From Candidatus Eiseniibacteriota bacterium (lineage in GTDB: Bacteria > Eisenbacteria > RBG-16-71-46 > CAVPCR01), in the NCBI GenBank assembly GCA_963823555.1, contig CAWGMA010000002.1:352001-416000 (forward strand): a stretch of 64,000 nucleotides of DNA, read 5' to 3'. This document shows, piece after piece, positions 1 through 10,068 of the stretch. The notes under the pieces were generated by a model. That model was given only the letters and a program-made list of their open reading frames with translations. It was not told the origin of the DNA and ran no database searches. A program made the translations under genes and the position numbers. Position 1 is the first letter of the stretch. Each line of letters starts with the position of its first letter.

Positions 1-778
1 AGCGAGACTCTCGAGAGCGCGGTTCGTCTCCGGGCGCTCCCGGCTCTGCGGGCTTGCGTTCGTGGTCGGCCATCGCGACCGTGTAGTGCTCGGCATCGAG
101 CAAGGTCTGTCGGATGAGCGCGATCGCGCCCATGAGCGAGCCTGGATAGTCGTTGTTGTCCTCGCCACCGTGCTCGAAGGCGAGATGGGCGGCGACATCG
201 GCGCGCACGATCTCCTCGTTCGGCGTGCCCTCGCCGAGGTTCACGAGCGCGCTCGCGCCTCGGAAGATGCCGCGGGTCGGGACCGCGAGCGCGGCCGTGA
301 ACCCGGCGCCACGGAGCTCGGTGCGGAGCTCGGGGGGCAAGGTGAGCGCCGTGACCATGTTCAGCTCGGGATGCACGCGCGAGCTCCTGTGTCCGGCGCC
401 GGGCGGGGACTGAGAGCCGTTCGTGGGTGGAGGGGTGGTCTGGGCCTCCCCGGGGTGGTCGGTCGATTCAGCCTCGATCCAGAGATGGGGTTCGATGAGG
501 CCGGCATAGACCCAGCGGCCCCCGAGATCCCAGACCCGGGCATCGGGCGGAACGCGGACCTCGCCCGCGGCGCCGATGGCGGCGATGATCCCGTCGCGAA
601 TCACTACCGTTCCATCTGCGATCTCTTGACCCGGCTCGGGAACGAGGTGGGCGTGCGTGAGCGCGTGGACGCGAGGCGCCTTGCCACCGGGATGATCCGG
701 CGGCAAGGCTCCGGCCCGCGGCTGAGCGGAGGCGATGACGGCAGCGACCGCGAAGGCCAACACCACACGAAGATGCAT
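1..778 (-). CDS. Secreted amidohydrolase-family protein (imidazolonepropionase-like), runs off the window start
   Basis: Read manually (not in ORF track): ATG at 778 with GGGAGAGG RBS; MHLRVVLAFAVAAVIASAQ signal peptide; 'GTVVIRDGIIAAIG...DLGGRWVYAGLIEPH' amidohydrolase N-terminal strands; 'YPGSLMGAIALIRQ'. Confidence 0.75.
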   Translation of the reverse strand, partial: MHLRVVLAFAVAAVIASAQPRAGALPPDHPGGKAPRVHALTHAHLVPEPGQEIADGTVVIRDGIIAAIGAAGEVRVPPDARVWDLGGRWVYAGLIEPHLWIEAESTDHPGEAQTTPPPTNGSQSPPGAGHRSSRVHPELNMVTALTLPPELRTELRGAGFTAALAVPTRGIFRGASALVNLGEGTPNEEIVRADVAAHLAFEHGGEDNNDYPGSLMGAIALIRQTLLDAEHYTVAMADHERKPAEPGAPGDEPRSRESR

Positions 779-867
779 CGTCCCTCTCCCCCAGCGTCGA
801 TCCCCCGGGCCCATGCCTCCAACCATGCCGGGACCAGGATAAGGTGGAACCGCTGGTGTGGGCAAGG

Positions 868-1467
868 TCACGGCAGGCGCGGGGCCACCGCCGACCAGCA
901 CGCCGCGCAGAATCGTTCCGACTTCAAGTCGATGTCATCGGCAAGCGTCGACGCCCGCATGACGCAGGTCGCGTCCCGGCAATGGACGAGCCCGTAGGTG
1001 TGGCCGAGCTCGTGAGTCGCTTCCTTGACGAGGCGGGCGCGGAGGAGCTCCGGATCGGGCGGCAGGCCGTAGACCTCGCTCCGGAGCCGGTGCGCGGACA
1101 CGACGGCCGCCCGTCCCTCGAGCTGTGCCTCCCCGAACACGTAGGTCAGAACCGGAATGAAGAGGTCGACGCCCGTCACGCCGAGGATGCGTTCCGCGTG
1201 ATGGGGATCGCGGAGCAGCTCGGCCAGGAGGAGGGTCGAGTTGTACTGGCTCCGGCTCGGATCGAACACCCGCTCGGGATCGAACCACGGGGGAGACACG
1301 CGCACGGGGAGCGCGAACGTCGTCTGGAGAAACGCCGAGAGCTCGTCGATCAGGTGGCGTTCGGTGCCGAAGTAGATCGGAACGATCGCCATGAACCGGT
1401 CGCCGGGCGGCGGATTCGAGACCGTGGTGGACTCGCCGGTGGCCTGGCTCGTTATCCCCCGCCACAT
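868..1467 (-). CDS. Archaemetzincin (peptidase M54) zinc metalloprotease
   Basis: C-terminal part of ORF 868..1935: 'RSQYNS', 'VFGEAQL', HELGHTYGLVHC zinc motif, CVM Met-turn and terminal CxxC; start 1467 or 1392. Confidence 0.9.
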   Translation of the reverse strand: MWRGITSQATGESTTVSNPPPGDRFMAIVPIYFGTERHLIDELSAFLQTTFALPVRVSPPWFDPERVFDPSRSQYNSTLLLAELLRDPHHAERILGVTGVDLFIPVLTYVFGEAQLEGRAAVVSAHRLRSEVYGLPPDPELLRARLVKEATHELGHTYGLVHCRDATCVMRASTLADDIDLKSERFCAACWSAVAPRLP

Positions 1468-1471
1468 GGTG

Positions 1472-2836
1472 TCACTTCGCCCGCTTTTCCAGCCCGTAGC
1501 GCTTGATCTTGTTGTAGACCGTCGCCCGGTCGACTTGCAGGATCTCGGCGGCGCGGCTGATGTTCCACTCGGTGCGATCGAGGATGTGCTGGATGTGCAG
1601 CTTCTCGACGTCGGCGAGGGAGTCGTGGCTCGTCGTCTCGGTGGTGCGTTCGAGCTGGAAGGGCAGGTCCTCGGGGCGGATCGCCGGCGACTTACCGATG
1701 ACCATGGCGCGCTCGATCGCGTTCGCGAGCTCGCGCACGTTTCCCGGCCAGTCGTAGCGCACGAGCACATCCATGGCATCGGGGCTGATCTCGGTGATCG
1801 GCCGGCTCGGCTGGGTCTGGAACCGGCGCAGGAAGTGCTGGGCGAGGACCGGGATGTCGCTGCGCCGCTCGCGGAGCGGCGGCAGGTAGATGCTGAAGAC
1901 GTTGATGCGATAGTAGAGGTCCTCACGGAACTCACCGGCCTCGACCATCTTCTCCAGGTTCTGGTTGGTGGCGCAGACCACGCGGAAGTCGGCGCGAATC
2001 GGCTTCGACCCGCCGAGGCGGGTGAACTCCTTGGTCTCGAGCACGCGCAGGAGGTCGACCTGCGTCTTCATCGAGATGGTCCCGATCTCGTCGAGGAACA
2101 GCGTGCCGCCGTCCGCCATCTCGATGCTGCCCTTGCGCCGGTACTGCGCGCCGGTGAAGGCACCCTTCTCGTGGCCGAACAGCTCGCTCTCGAGCAGGGT
2201 CTCGGGCAGTGCGCCGCAGTTGACGGGGACGATCGGGAAGTAGCGGCGGTTGCTGTTGGCGTGAATGGCGCGGGCGATGAGCTCCTTGCCGGTGCCGCTC
2301 TCGCCGCGAATGAGCACGGTGGCGTCCGTCTGCGCCACCGTGCGCACCATCTCGAGAACCTTCTGCATCTGCGGGCTCTCGCCCACGATCTCGTCCGCCT
2401 TCGACAGCTCCTCGATCTTCTCCCGGAGCTGGAGGTTCTCGCTCTTCAGCCGCCGCTGCTCGATCCCGTTGCGAATCAGGTGGCTGAGCTCGTCGGGGTC
2501 GATCGGCTTGGTCACGTAGTCGAACGCCCCCTGCTTGAGCGCCTGCACAGCGGTATCCACCGAGGCATAGGCCGTGATCATGATCACGATCATGCCCGGA
2601 TCGATCTCGCGGACACGCCCCAGGAGCTCCATGCCGTCCATCCCCGGCATCTTGATGTCGAGGAGGACGACGTCGTAGCTCCCATCCTGTAACCGCTTCA
2701 GGGCCTGAGCGGCGTTCTCCGCGGCCTCCACCTGGAAGCCGTCCTTGCGGAACCAGTTGAAGAGGGAATCACGCACCGAAAACTCGTCGTCCACGATGAG
2801 TATCGAGGCGGTCCCTTGCGCCTGTCCGATCGTCAT
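1472..2836 (-). CDS. Sigma-54-dependent response regulator (NtrC/AtoC family)
   Basis: Receiver (IVDDE, LLDIKMP), Walker A GESGTGKE, intact GAFTGA, FLDEI, WPGNVREL, C-terminal Fis-type HTH. Confidence 0.97.
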   Translation of the reverse strand: MTIGQAQGTASILIVDDEFSVRDSLFNWFRKDGFQVEAAENAAQALKRLQDGSYDVVLLDIKMPGMDGMELLGRVREIDPGMIVIMITAYASVDTAVQALKQGAFDYVTKPIDPDELSHLIRNGIEQRRLKSENLQLREKIEELSKADEIVGESPQMQKVLEMVRTVAQTDATVLIRGESGTGKELIARAIHANSNRRYFPIVPVNCGALPETLLESELFGHEKGAFTGAQYRRKGSIEMADGGTLFLDEIGTISMKTQVDLLRVLETKEFTRLGGSKPIRADFRVVCATNQNLEKMVEAGEFREDLYYRINVFSIYLPPLRERRSDIPVLAQHFLRRFQTQPSRPITEISPDAMDVLVRYDWPGNVRELANAIERAMVIGKSPAIRPEDLPFQLERTTETTSHDSLADVEKLHIQHILDRTEWNISRAAEILQVDRATVYNKIKRYGLEKRAK

Positions 2837-4542
2837 GGGTCACCTGCCCGTTCTGGTTCTTGCCCGTTGCCCCCGGTACCGGAGTCCTTGACCGCGGGCT
2901 GGCGCAGGAGATGGATGCGGAAAGTGGTGCCCTGACCGGTCTTCGAATCCACATCGATGCGCCCGCCGTGCCGCTGGATGATGCCGTAGACCACGGCCAG
3001 GCCGAGCCCGAGGCCGTTACCGCCCTCCTTCGTGGTGAAGAAGGGCTCGAAGATGTGCGGGAGAATGTCTTCCGGAATGCCGATGCCGGTATCCGCGATC
3101 TCGATCAGCACCTCGGCGGTCGAATCGGCGGCGGCCGGGCCCGCATCGCCGGCAGCCACCCGGACCGTGACCGTGCCTCCTTCGGGCATCGCTTCGACTG
3201 CGTTCACGAGGAGGGCCACCAGAGCCTGCTGGATCTGATCGGCATCGCACACGATCTGGTCGTCACCGGTGAATGGGGTCCGCTCGAGCCGCACGCCGGC
3301 CATCTGGATGTGATGATCGACGAGCATGAGGCTGCGATCGACGATCTCGTTGACATGATGCGGGGCGAAGCGAGCGCCCGTGTGCCGGGCGAAGAGAAGG
3401 AGGTTCTTCACGATCTGACCGCAGCGTCCGGACTCCTTCTGGATCAAGTTCAGGTAGCGCTTGAGCTCCGCACGCTCCTCAGGATCGATCTCTCTCTCCT
3501 CGAGCCCGCGCTCGACGAGGCGGGAATAGGTCAGGATCCCGGCCAGGGGGTTGTTGAGCTCGTGGGCCACGGTGGCCGAGAGCTTCCCGAGCGAGGCCAT
3601 CTTCTCCATGTGCAGGATGTGGCGCTGGGCCAGGCTCAGCTCCTTGGTCTTCTCGACGACCTTGCGCTCGAGGGTGTCCGACCACTCCGTGATCTCCTCC
3701 TGGGCGCGCTGCAGGTTCACGGTCATGCGGTTGAACGCCGTGGCCAGCTCGCCGACCTCGTCATCGGACTGGATTTCGACATGGGTCAGGAGATCGCCCT
3801 GGCTGATGCGCTTGGTACCGGCGATGAGCCGCTGCACCGGAACGCGCACCATGAAGTAGATGAATGCGGCCGAGACCGCGCCGATGAGGAGCGCCATGAA
3901 GAGCATGGCGGCGAGCATGCGGTGCTCGGCGGCCTTGAGCTGGGCGTCGGCCGTGGCGAGCGACATCTTGACGTCGAGCACGCCGAGGATGGTCTGCTCG
4001 GGACGATGCACGTGACACTTGGTGCACTCGGGCTCGTTCTCGATCGGGTTGATGAGCCCGAGAATGCGCTCACCATCGGCGCCGCGGTAGACACGAACGC
4101 GAGTGTCGGCGGGGACCGAGCGGAGCGGCTCCTTCTGGTCGTGACAGATGATGCAGGCCTCGGCCTGCATGTCGACCTGGTGCCCGACCTCGCTCGTGTC
4201 GGCGGAGACGATGATGGTGCCCTGCTTGTCGTAGATGCGAACCCCGGCGACACCCGGCAGCTTGCCCACGGTGGCGATGATCTCGCCGACATCGTCCTTG
4301 CGGTTGAGGAGCATCGCGTGCCGTGTCGAGCGCTTGAGGACCTCGCTGGCGCGGAAGGCGGCCTGGTGGACGAGCTGGCGCGAGTATTCGGAAGTGGTCC
4401 GGATGTTGGCGAGGGTGAAGGCGGCGAGGAGGACCACCATGGTCCCGAAGAGCCAGAGGAAGAGGCGAACGCTGAGCGAGCCCAGGGCCCTCTTGATGCC
4501 CGTCGGGCGCTGACTGGATCTGCGATCGCTTGCGGGCGGCAT
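2833..4542 (-). CDS. HAMP sensor histidine kinase with two periplasmic CxxCH heme-c motifs
   Basis: Two TM segments flanking CIICH and CTKCH; HAMP; H-box [34 protein letters not shown] overlap with the regulator. Confidence 0.95.
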   Translation of the reverse strand: MPPASDRRSSQRPTGIKRALGSLSVRLFLWLFGTMVVLLAAFTLANIRTTSEYSRQLVHQAAFRASEVLKRSTRHAMLLNRKDDVGEIIATVGKLPGVAGVRIYDKQGTIIVSADTSEVGHQVDMQAEACIICHDQKEPLRSVPADTRVRVYRGADGERILGLINPIENEPECTKCHVHRPEQTILGVLDVKMSLATADAQLKAAEHRMLAAMLFMALLIGAVSAAFIYFMVRVPVQRLIAGTKRISQGDLLTHVEIQSDDEVGELATAFNRMTVNLQRAQEEITEWSDTLERKVVEKTKELSLAQRHILHMEKMASLGKLSATVAHELNNPLAGILTYSRLVERGLEEREIDPEERAELKRYLNLIQKESGRCGQIVKNLLLFARHTGARFAPHHVNEIVDRSLMLVDHHIQMAGVRLERTPFTGDDQIVCDADQIQQALVALLVNAVEAMPEGGTVTVRVAAGDAGPAAADSTAEVLIEIADTGIGIPEDILPHIFEPFFTTKEGGNGLGLGLAVVYGIIQRHGGRIDVDSKTGQGTTFRIHLLRQPAVKDSGTGGNGQEPERAGDP

Positions 4543-4625
4543 GGTCCTGCCCCTTCCACGGATCGCGTGCTGGCGCGCGGCCTGGTTGGCCGGAGGCGTG
4601 GACGGATGGAGGCATGAGGCAGAGT

Positions 4626-4642
4626 TGCAAGAAGACGACCAA
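4626..4642 (-). promoter_or_regulatory. Candidate sigma-54 (-24/-12) promoter for kinase-regulator-archaemetzincin
   Basis: Minus strand TTGGTCGTCTTCTTGCA = TGG-N8-TTGC, correct GG-N10-GC spacing, about 85 nt upstream of the kinase start. Confidence 0.45.
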
Positions 4643-4774
4643 CTTCCTTCGCCCCGGCGTGTCGGCTAGGCTATGTCATTTCACCGGTTAGCGATCGGAC
4701 CGGCAGTCTGTCCGGTGGGCGTGGGCCGAGCGGCACCGGCTGTCTGCCGATGCGGGTCCGGGACTGACAATCCG

Positions 4775-5698
4775 TCAGGGGTGCGGGCGAGACCGGTCGG
4801 CTCGCACCACGCAGAAGGGCTCGAGGATGAGCCCGTAGCGGGCGATCTCGGCCGGGCCGACGACATCGGGAGCGTCGATGACCGTGACCTCGAAGCCGCT
4901 CTCCCGGAGGCGGTCGTAGAAGTCCCGGGCGTACTGGCGGACATGACCGTGGAGCTCGGGGTCGGGCGCGCCCCACTCCGCGGTCGAATCGAGGCGCGGG
5001 TCGATCGGCACCTGGATCACGCCGAAGCCGTCGTCACGGAGGATGCGAAGCAGCTCGCGCATCGCGGTGCGATCCTCGTCGATGTGCTCGAGCACGTGGT
5101 AGCAGACGAGTAGATCGATCGACTGCGAGCGAATGCCGAGCCGGCGCAGATCGGTGTGCACCATCGCGCGTCGGCTGTTCAGGTCGGCGCTCAGGTAGCG
5201 CACGCCGGGCAGGCGACCGAGCGCGATCGAGAACCAGGGGGCAGGGGCGAAGTCGAGGAGAGTGCGTGCGGTACTGCTGGCGAGCTCCCGTTGCAGGTAG
5301 AGGTAGAGCACACGGTGGCGGGGCTTCGAATCGCACCGCGGGCAGTTGGCGCCCGGGGTGATGTTGCGGCCGCTCACATAGGGATGGAACACATTGCCGC
5401 ACCAGCCGCAGACCGGACACTCGACGCGTCTCGGTAGCAGCACGTTTCGCGTATCCGCCCGGAGCTCCTGGAGCCAGTGTCGGACGTAGAGCCGGGCCCG
5501 CGGATCGCGACCGACGATCGCCATCATCCAGCGCAGCTTCAGGTAGATGTGCGCGCGGATCCGCTTCGGGACCCATGCTCGCGTCCGCTGTCGCCACGCT
5601 CCCACGAGTCGACTCCTTGCATCTTGTTCCGGCCGGGTAGAGTGCGGTGCGCCGGTCCGACGCAACCCGTCGCCGGCGACCGAGATCTGCGGTTGCAC
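4775..5698 (-). CDS. Class I SAM-dependent methyltransferase with N-terminal Zn-ribbon
   Basis: CPVC...CPRC...RHR, 'LLDFAP', 'YLSADL', 'DLLVCYHVLEHI', 'GHVRQY'; true start uncertain. Confidence 0.8.
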   Translation of the reverse strand: MQPQISVAGDGLRRTGAPHSTRPEQDARSRLVGAWRQRTRAWVPKRIRAHIYLKLRWMMAIVGRDPRARLYVRHWLQELRADTRNVLLPRRVECPVCGWCGNVFHPYVSGRNITPGANCPRCDSKPRHRVLYLYLQRELASSTARTLLDFAPAPWFSIALGRLPGVRYLSADLNSRRAMVHTDLRRLGIRSQSIDLLVCYHVLEHIDEDRTAMRELLRILRDDGFGVIQVPIDPRLDSTAEWGAPDPELHGHVRQYARDFYDRLRESGFEVTVIDAPDVVGPAEIARYGLILEPFCVVRADRSRPHP

Positions 5699-5941
5699 CT
5701 TCGCGGATTTCGAAGAGACGTGGATAGGGACTTCAATCGCGGGCCGAGGCCAGAGTTTACCACGGCGCGGACAGCGCAGTGCATACCCGAGCGCGTCCAG
5801 GAGGAAGACGCGGAGCGCGGTGATCCACCGGCCCGCGCACCATGGCCAGCACCATCATCCGGGGGGCAGCCATTCGATCCTTGCCGGTGAGCCGATGGCA
5901 AGGGTCCCAGCGACTTGCGCGTCGCGTCTACGCGGAGAGCC

Positions 5942-6685
5942 TCACTCGCCCAGGAGCCGCTCGATCATCTGCCGGTAGAGCTTGGCCCCGAGCATGCGCT
6001 TGAGATCGGCGATCCGCTCGCCGCCATCGGCCATGGTCGCGCCCACGAGGTTCTCGCCCCGCTCGGCATGGGCGTGCGCCTGGGCCTCGAACTCGCGCGC
6101 CCGCGCGGCGGCGAGCAGCTCCATCTCGGCCGCCGTGAGGAGGCCGGCGAGCGCCTCAGCTTCCTTGGCGGGGCGCACCTCGATGAGCCAGCCCGTGGTA
6201 TAGGGCGCCTCGACCGCGAGCCGCGGATAGGTGCGGAGGAGGGGGTTACTGCGGAGCACGGTGCCGCTCACCGGCATCCGCACCGGGATCGGGCCGCCGT
6301 CATCGATGAGCCAGGTGCCGGCGCGACCGGCAGCGACCATGGTCGCGGGAGCCGGCAACACCACGGAGGTCGCCTCGCCGATCAGCCACGCCGCGAACGA
6401 GTCGATCCCGATGCGCAGGCGGCCCGGGCAGACCGCCTGCGCCCAGGTGTGCGCGGCATGGTAGGAGCGATCATCGGGGAACTCATCCGGCCGGCTCACG
6501 GCGGCGAGCGCCGGTTCCAGGGCGGCCCGGTGAGCGCTCGCCTGGCCACGCATGACTGCATCGAATGGGCAGGACTCGCACTCGAATGCCCGGTCGCACA
6601 GCTTGTACGCGACCATGCCGGCAGCCATCCACACGCAGCGCTCGGCGTCCTTGGGCAGGAACCTCGGGGTCTCTGGTGTCGACAT
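5942..6685 (-). CDS. Glycine cleavage H-like protein with N-terminal 4-Cys motif, no lipoyl-Lys
   Basis: CVWMAAGMVAYKLCDRAFECESCPFD, then H-protein fold (HTWA, RIGID, PVSGTV..SN, PYTTGWL); GGAGG RBS before ATG 6685. Confidence 0.85.
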   Translation of the reverse strand: MSTPETPRFLPKDAERCVWMAAGMVAYKLCDRAFECESCPFDAVMRGQASAHRAALEPALAAVSRPDEFPDDRSYHAAHTWAQAVCPGRLRIGIDSFAAWLIGEATSVVLPAPATMVAAGRAGTWLIDDGGPIPVRMPVSGTVLRSNPLLRTYPRLAVEAPYTTGWLIEVRPAKEAEALAGLLTAAEMELLAAARAREFEAQAHAHAERGENLVGATMADGGERIADLKRMLGAKLYRQMIERLLGE

Positions 6686-6753
6686 GACCCTGACCTCCCC
6701 GGTCATCTCTCAGCGGTTGCTGGTTGCGACCAATGACCGCCCGACCCATCTCG

Positions 6754-8400
6754 TCACGGTTGATGACAGGCGTCGCAGTTGTCCTCGACGCTGAAGGCGT
6801 TCGTGCCGTTGTGGCACGAGCCGCACAGGTTCTCGTGAGCCCGGTCCCCGCTCAGCGCGCCGCTGAGCGGCATGCCGGGCTTCTGCATGCTGAACATGTC
6901 CGTGTGGCAAGTCGCGCACTTCGGGTCCGCCGTATCGACGTGCGACTGGTGGCTGAAGTGGACCTGCCCCGGGCTCATCTCGCTCACGGGGAAGAGATAG
7001 TCGGGCGGGAGCTCCATCGGGAGCTGCGCCATCTCCGCCGTTCGCGCGAGGATGGCCGGATCCTCATGAGCCGTGTCGGTTCCATTGATCGCCGCCACGG
7101 CCACTCCATTGCGCTTGCCCGAGGTGAGACCCACGGCCAGGGCGCCGATGAAGAGCAGCACCCACAGCCCGGCCAGGACCTGCCCCCGGAAGACCGGGGC
7201 CAGTCGCCGTTCGGGCACGAGCACGGGGGCCGCCCGCCCGTGGCGATGCGGCACGGTCGCCGCGTCACTCTCCTCGGCGGTGTGGAACACCGGCAGGTAC
7301 TTGACGGCGTAGACCGAAGGCGATGAAGCCGGCGGCGACGATCGACATCGTGACCGCGAACTCCATCCAGGACGGGAAGTAGCTGACGCCCGACCAGCCG
7401 CTGCATGCCCGTGATGGAGACGTTGAGGCGGTTGACGATGAAGCCCATGATCGTCAGCATGGCCGCCGAAGAACAGGCCGTGGCGGTTGTGACGCACCCG
7501 CGGGATGGCGAACAGGAGCATCGGCAGGATGACGCCGAGCCCCATCTCACCCCAGAACAGCGTGCTCTCCGGGGTGACCTGGAAGGCGAGCCCCAGGTTG
7601 CCGCGGCCGGCCAGATCCTCGAACTTCCACAGACCGTAGACGCCGAGGACGACGACGATCACCCGCGCCAGCCCCTCCAGGAGCTCATCCTCGAGGCGCT
7701 TGCCGAAGGCGCGATAGCTCATGAAGGACTCGAAGATCGTCATCGCGAGCCCGGCGGCGACCGCCGAGATGAAGAAGAAGACCGGCAGGAGCGGCGTGTA
7801 CCAGAGGCCATGCAGCTTGTCGGGCACGATGACGTAAAGCGTCCCCAGGGACGACTGGTGCATCGTCGACAAGCAGGACGCCGACGATGACGAGGGGCAC
7901 GTAGATCGTCCGCACGATCCTGAGTGCTCGCTTCAGGCGGAAGCGCTCGAGCACGAGCGGGCTGAACTCGAGCGCCAGCACCGACGTGTACAGCATCACG
8001 CACCAGGCGACCTCGAACATCACCGAGTGCGGGTTCCACATGACGAGCGGATGCCAGATCCGGTATGGCCGCCCGAGGTCGAACAGGAGCGCCGACGATG
8101 ACGAGCAGGTACCCGAGGAAGGCGGTGAGCATGGCCGGGCGCGCGATGGGTTCGTACGTTCTCGATGCGGAAGATGTGCACGGTCGCCGCGACGACGAAG
8201 CCGCCGGCGGCGATGCCGACGCCGACCAGGACGTCGAAGCCGATCCAGAGCCCCCAGGGGAACTCGTCGGACAGGTTGGTCGCAGCACCGAGGCCGTGGA
8301 CGAAGCGCATGTAGGCGGCATAGGCGCCTCCGGCCAGGAGCACCGCCGCGATGACGCGCCACAGGGAGAGGCGCACCGGGATCAGAGAGCTAATTCTCAT
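6754..8400 (-). CDS. NrfD/HybB-family membrane subunit fused to C-terminal tri-heme c7-like cytochrome (about 6 frameshifts, likely sequencing errors)
   Basis: Stitched frames give PWGLWIGFDV..GVGIAAGG, DLGRPYRIWHPLVMWNPHSVMFEVAWC, STMHQSSLG, NRLNVSITG, YFPSWMEF, then FSHQSH-CATCH-CGSCH-CDACH; shifts near 8158, 8092, 7872, 7462, 7392, 7314. Confidence 0.85.
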
Positions 8401-9205
8401 GGCGGGCCTCCGTGGTTTCGTTGGTGGATCCGCTTGCCACGGCGGATGACTCGAGGGCGGCGCGCGTGCGCTCCTCCGGCGGCAGGTGACCGAGCGCCTC
8501 GCGGCGTTGCAGCACCCACCAGATGCCGAACATGAGCACACCGCCGACCGAGACCACGTTGGGAAGCTTGGAGAGGATGTCCCAGGTGAGGCGCGGATAG
8601 GGATCCTCGTGCCCGATCACCCGGAAACCGAGCTCGGCGAAGGGGACATCGGAGAGGTAGAGGACCGAGGTCCCGCCGGCCTCGTGCAAGCCGTAGATGT
8701 GGTCGACGTACTTGTCAGGCGCGGCGGCGATCCGCCGCTCCGCCTCGCGTACGAGCTCCTCGCGGTCGCCGAAGATCGTGGCGCCGGTCGGGCAGGCCGC
8801 GGTGCAAGCCGGTTCGAGGCCCTTCTTCACGCGCTGGTCGTAGCACATGATGCACTTGCGCACGAGGGGTAGGGGCTTGTCCCATTCGTACGTGGGAACG
8901 CCGAACGGGCAGCCCACCATGCAGTAGCGGCAGCCCATGCAGCGCGACGCATCGTAGATGACCGGCCCCTCGGCGGTCTTCTGGAGCGCCCCGACCGGGC
9001 ACACCGACACGCATGCCGGCTCCTCGCAGTGCATGCACTGGCGACGGATGGGGATCCCGCGGCGCCTCTCGATCACCGTCCACGACGTGGCCGACATCTT
9101 CCGCGCCCCGTCGTCAGGTGGCAGTTTGTTCTGCTCCTTGCAGGCCCAGACACACGCCTCACACCCTTTGCACCTGGTGAGGTCGGTGAGGATCGCTGCC
9201 TTCAT
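8390..9205 (-). CDS. HybA/NrfC-like 4x[4Fe-4S] ferredoxin subunit with C-terminal TM anchor
   Basis: CKGCEACVWAC, CMHCEEPACVSVCP, CMGCRYCMVGCP, CIMC...PACTAACP; 'YGLHEAGGTSVLYL'; C-terminal hydrophobic helix; GGAGG RBS. Confidence 0.93.
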   Translation of the reverse strand: MKAAILTDLTRCKGCEACVWACKEQNKLPPDDGARKMSATSWTVIERRRGIPIRRQCMHCEEPACVSVCPVGALQKTAEGPVIYDASRCMGCRYCMVGCPFGVPTYEWDKPLPLVRKCIMCYDQRVKKGLEPACTAACPTGATIFGDREELVREAERRIAAAPDKYVDHIYGLHEAGGTSVLYLSDVPFAELGFRVIGHEDPYPRLTWDILSKLPNVVSVGGVLMFGIWWVLQRREALGHLPPEERTRAALESSAVASGSTNETTEARHEN

Positions 9206-9277
9206 CGCTGTACCTCCCGCCTTTCTACTCCGCCTCCCACTTTGCGACTCACCATTCTGCTGGCGATTGCCGGCGAA

Positions 9278-10063
9278 TCACGACTCGAAGAACGTACGAG
9301 CGAGCTCGTTCCACTGCTCGGGATCGAGCTGCTCGGCGAGCCCAGCGACCGGGAGGCCACCGTCCTGCATCGTGGGTCCGGTCGCGGCGAGCGCGGGCTG
9401 GGTCGCGAGGGCGAGCCGCGTGGCGAGGCCGGTCTCGCCCGAGAGCGCGGCACGGCGCGAGATGGCGTTCAGCGCATCACGCAACCGCTGGATCTCGCGG
9501 TGCATCCAGTTCACCGCCTCGTCATCGATCAGCATGCCGCGGAGCGCCGATCCGAGATTGGCCGGAGTGAGGCGATAGAGCCACCCCGAGCCGAAAGGAT
9601 CGCCTGCCACCGCCGCTGGCTCGTCGAGGAGGGAAACATTGACTTCCTCGATGGTGCCGTCCACCGGAGCCCGCAGTGTCACGCTGCGTCCATGCCGGCG
9701 GAGACGGAGGATCGGGTCGCCACGCTTGACGATAGAACCCGCCGCGGTCAGGTCGACCTTGTCCGGCTGGCCGAGGAGCGTGCCTGGCAGCCAGTCGGCC
9801 CCGACCCGGACCAGACCCTCGGGCTCGACTTTCACCCACGTGTGCCCGATGTCGAGGAAGGCGTCCTTCGGAATTCGATCGATGGGAACGTGTGCAAACA
9901 TCGGTAGTTCCTTCCGCGCTTCGATCTCCCTGGCCATGGCCGCGAGCGCCGTGCTCGCCGAGGCGGCAGCGGTCGCTCGCGCCCGGCTAAGCTGCGAGCG
10001 TTGCACCAGGTAGTCGATCGTGAGGAAGGTGATGATGGTCAGAACGACGAACAGGGCGACCAT
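9278..10063 (-). CDS. Membrane-anchored glycine cleavage H-like protein, no lipoyl-Lys
   Basis: N-terminal TM (MVALFVVLTIITFLTIDYL); GHTWVK, VRVGAD, APVDGTIEEVN, DPFGSGWLY; hairpin reads RRHGRS. Confidence 0.85.
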   Translation of the reverse strand: MVALFVVLTIITFLTIDYLVQRSQLSRARATAAASASTALAAMAREIEARKELPMFAHVPIDRIPKDAFLDIGHTWVKVEPEGLVRVGADWLPGTLLGQPDKVDLTAAGSIVKRGDPILRLRRHGRSVTLRAPVDGTIEEVNVSLLDEPAAVAGDPFGSGWLYRLTPANLGSALRGMLIDDEAVNWMHREIQRLRDALNAISRRAALSGETGLATRLALATQPALAATGPTMQDGGLPVAGLAEQLDPEQWNELARTFFES

Positions 10064-10068
10064 GTCAC

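Noticed and set aside
6754..9205. Hydrogenase-2 (hyb) operon
   Set aside because: No small or large hydrogenase subunit or maturation genes; only HybA/HybB-like modules
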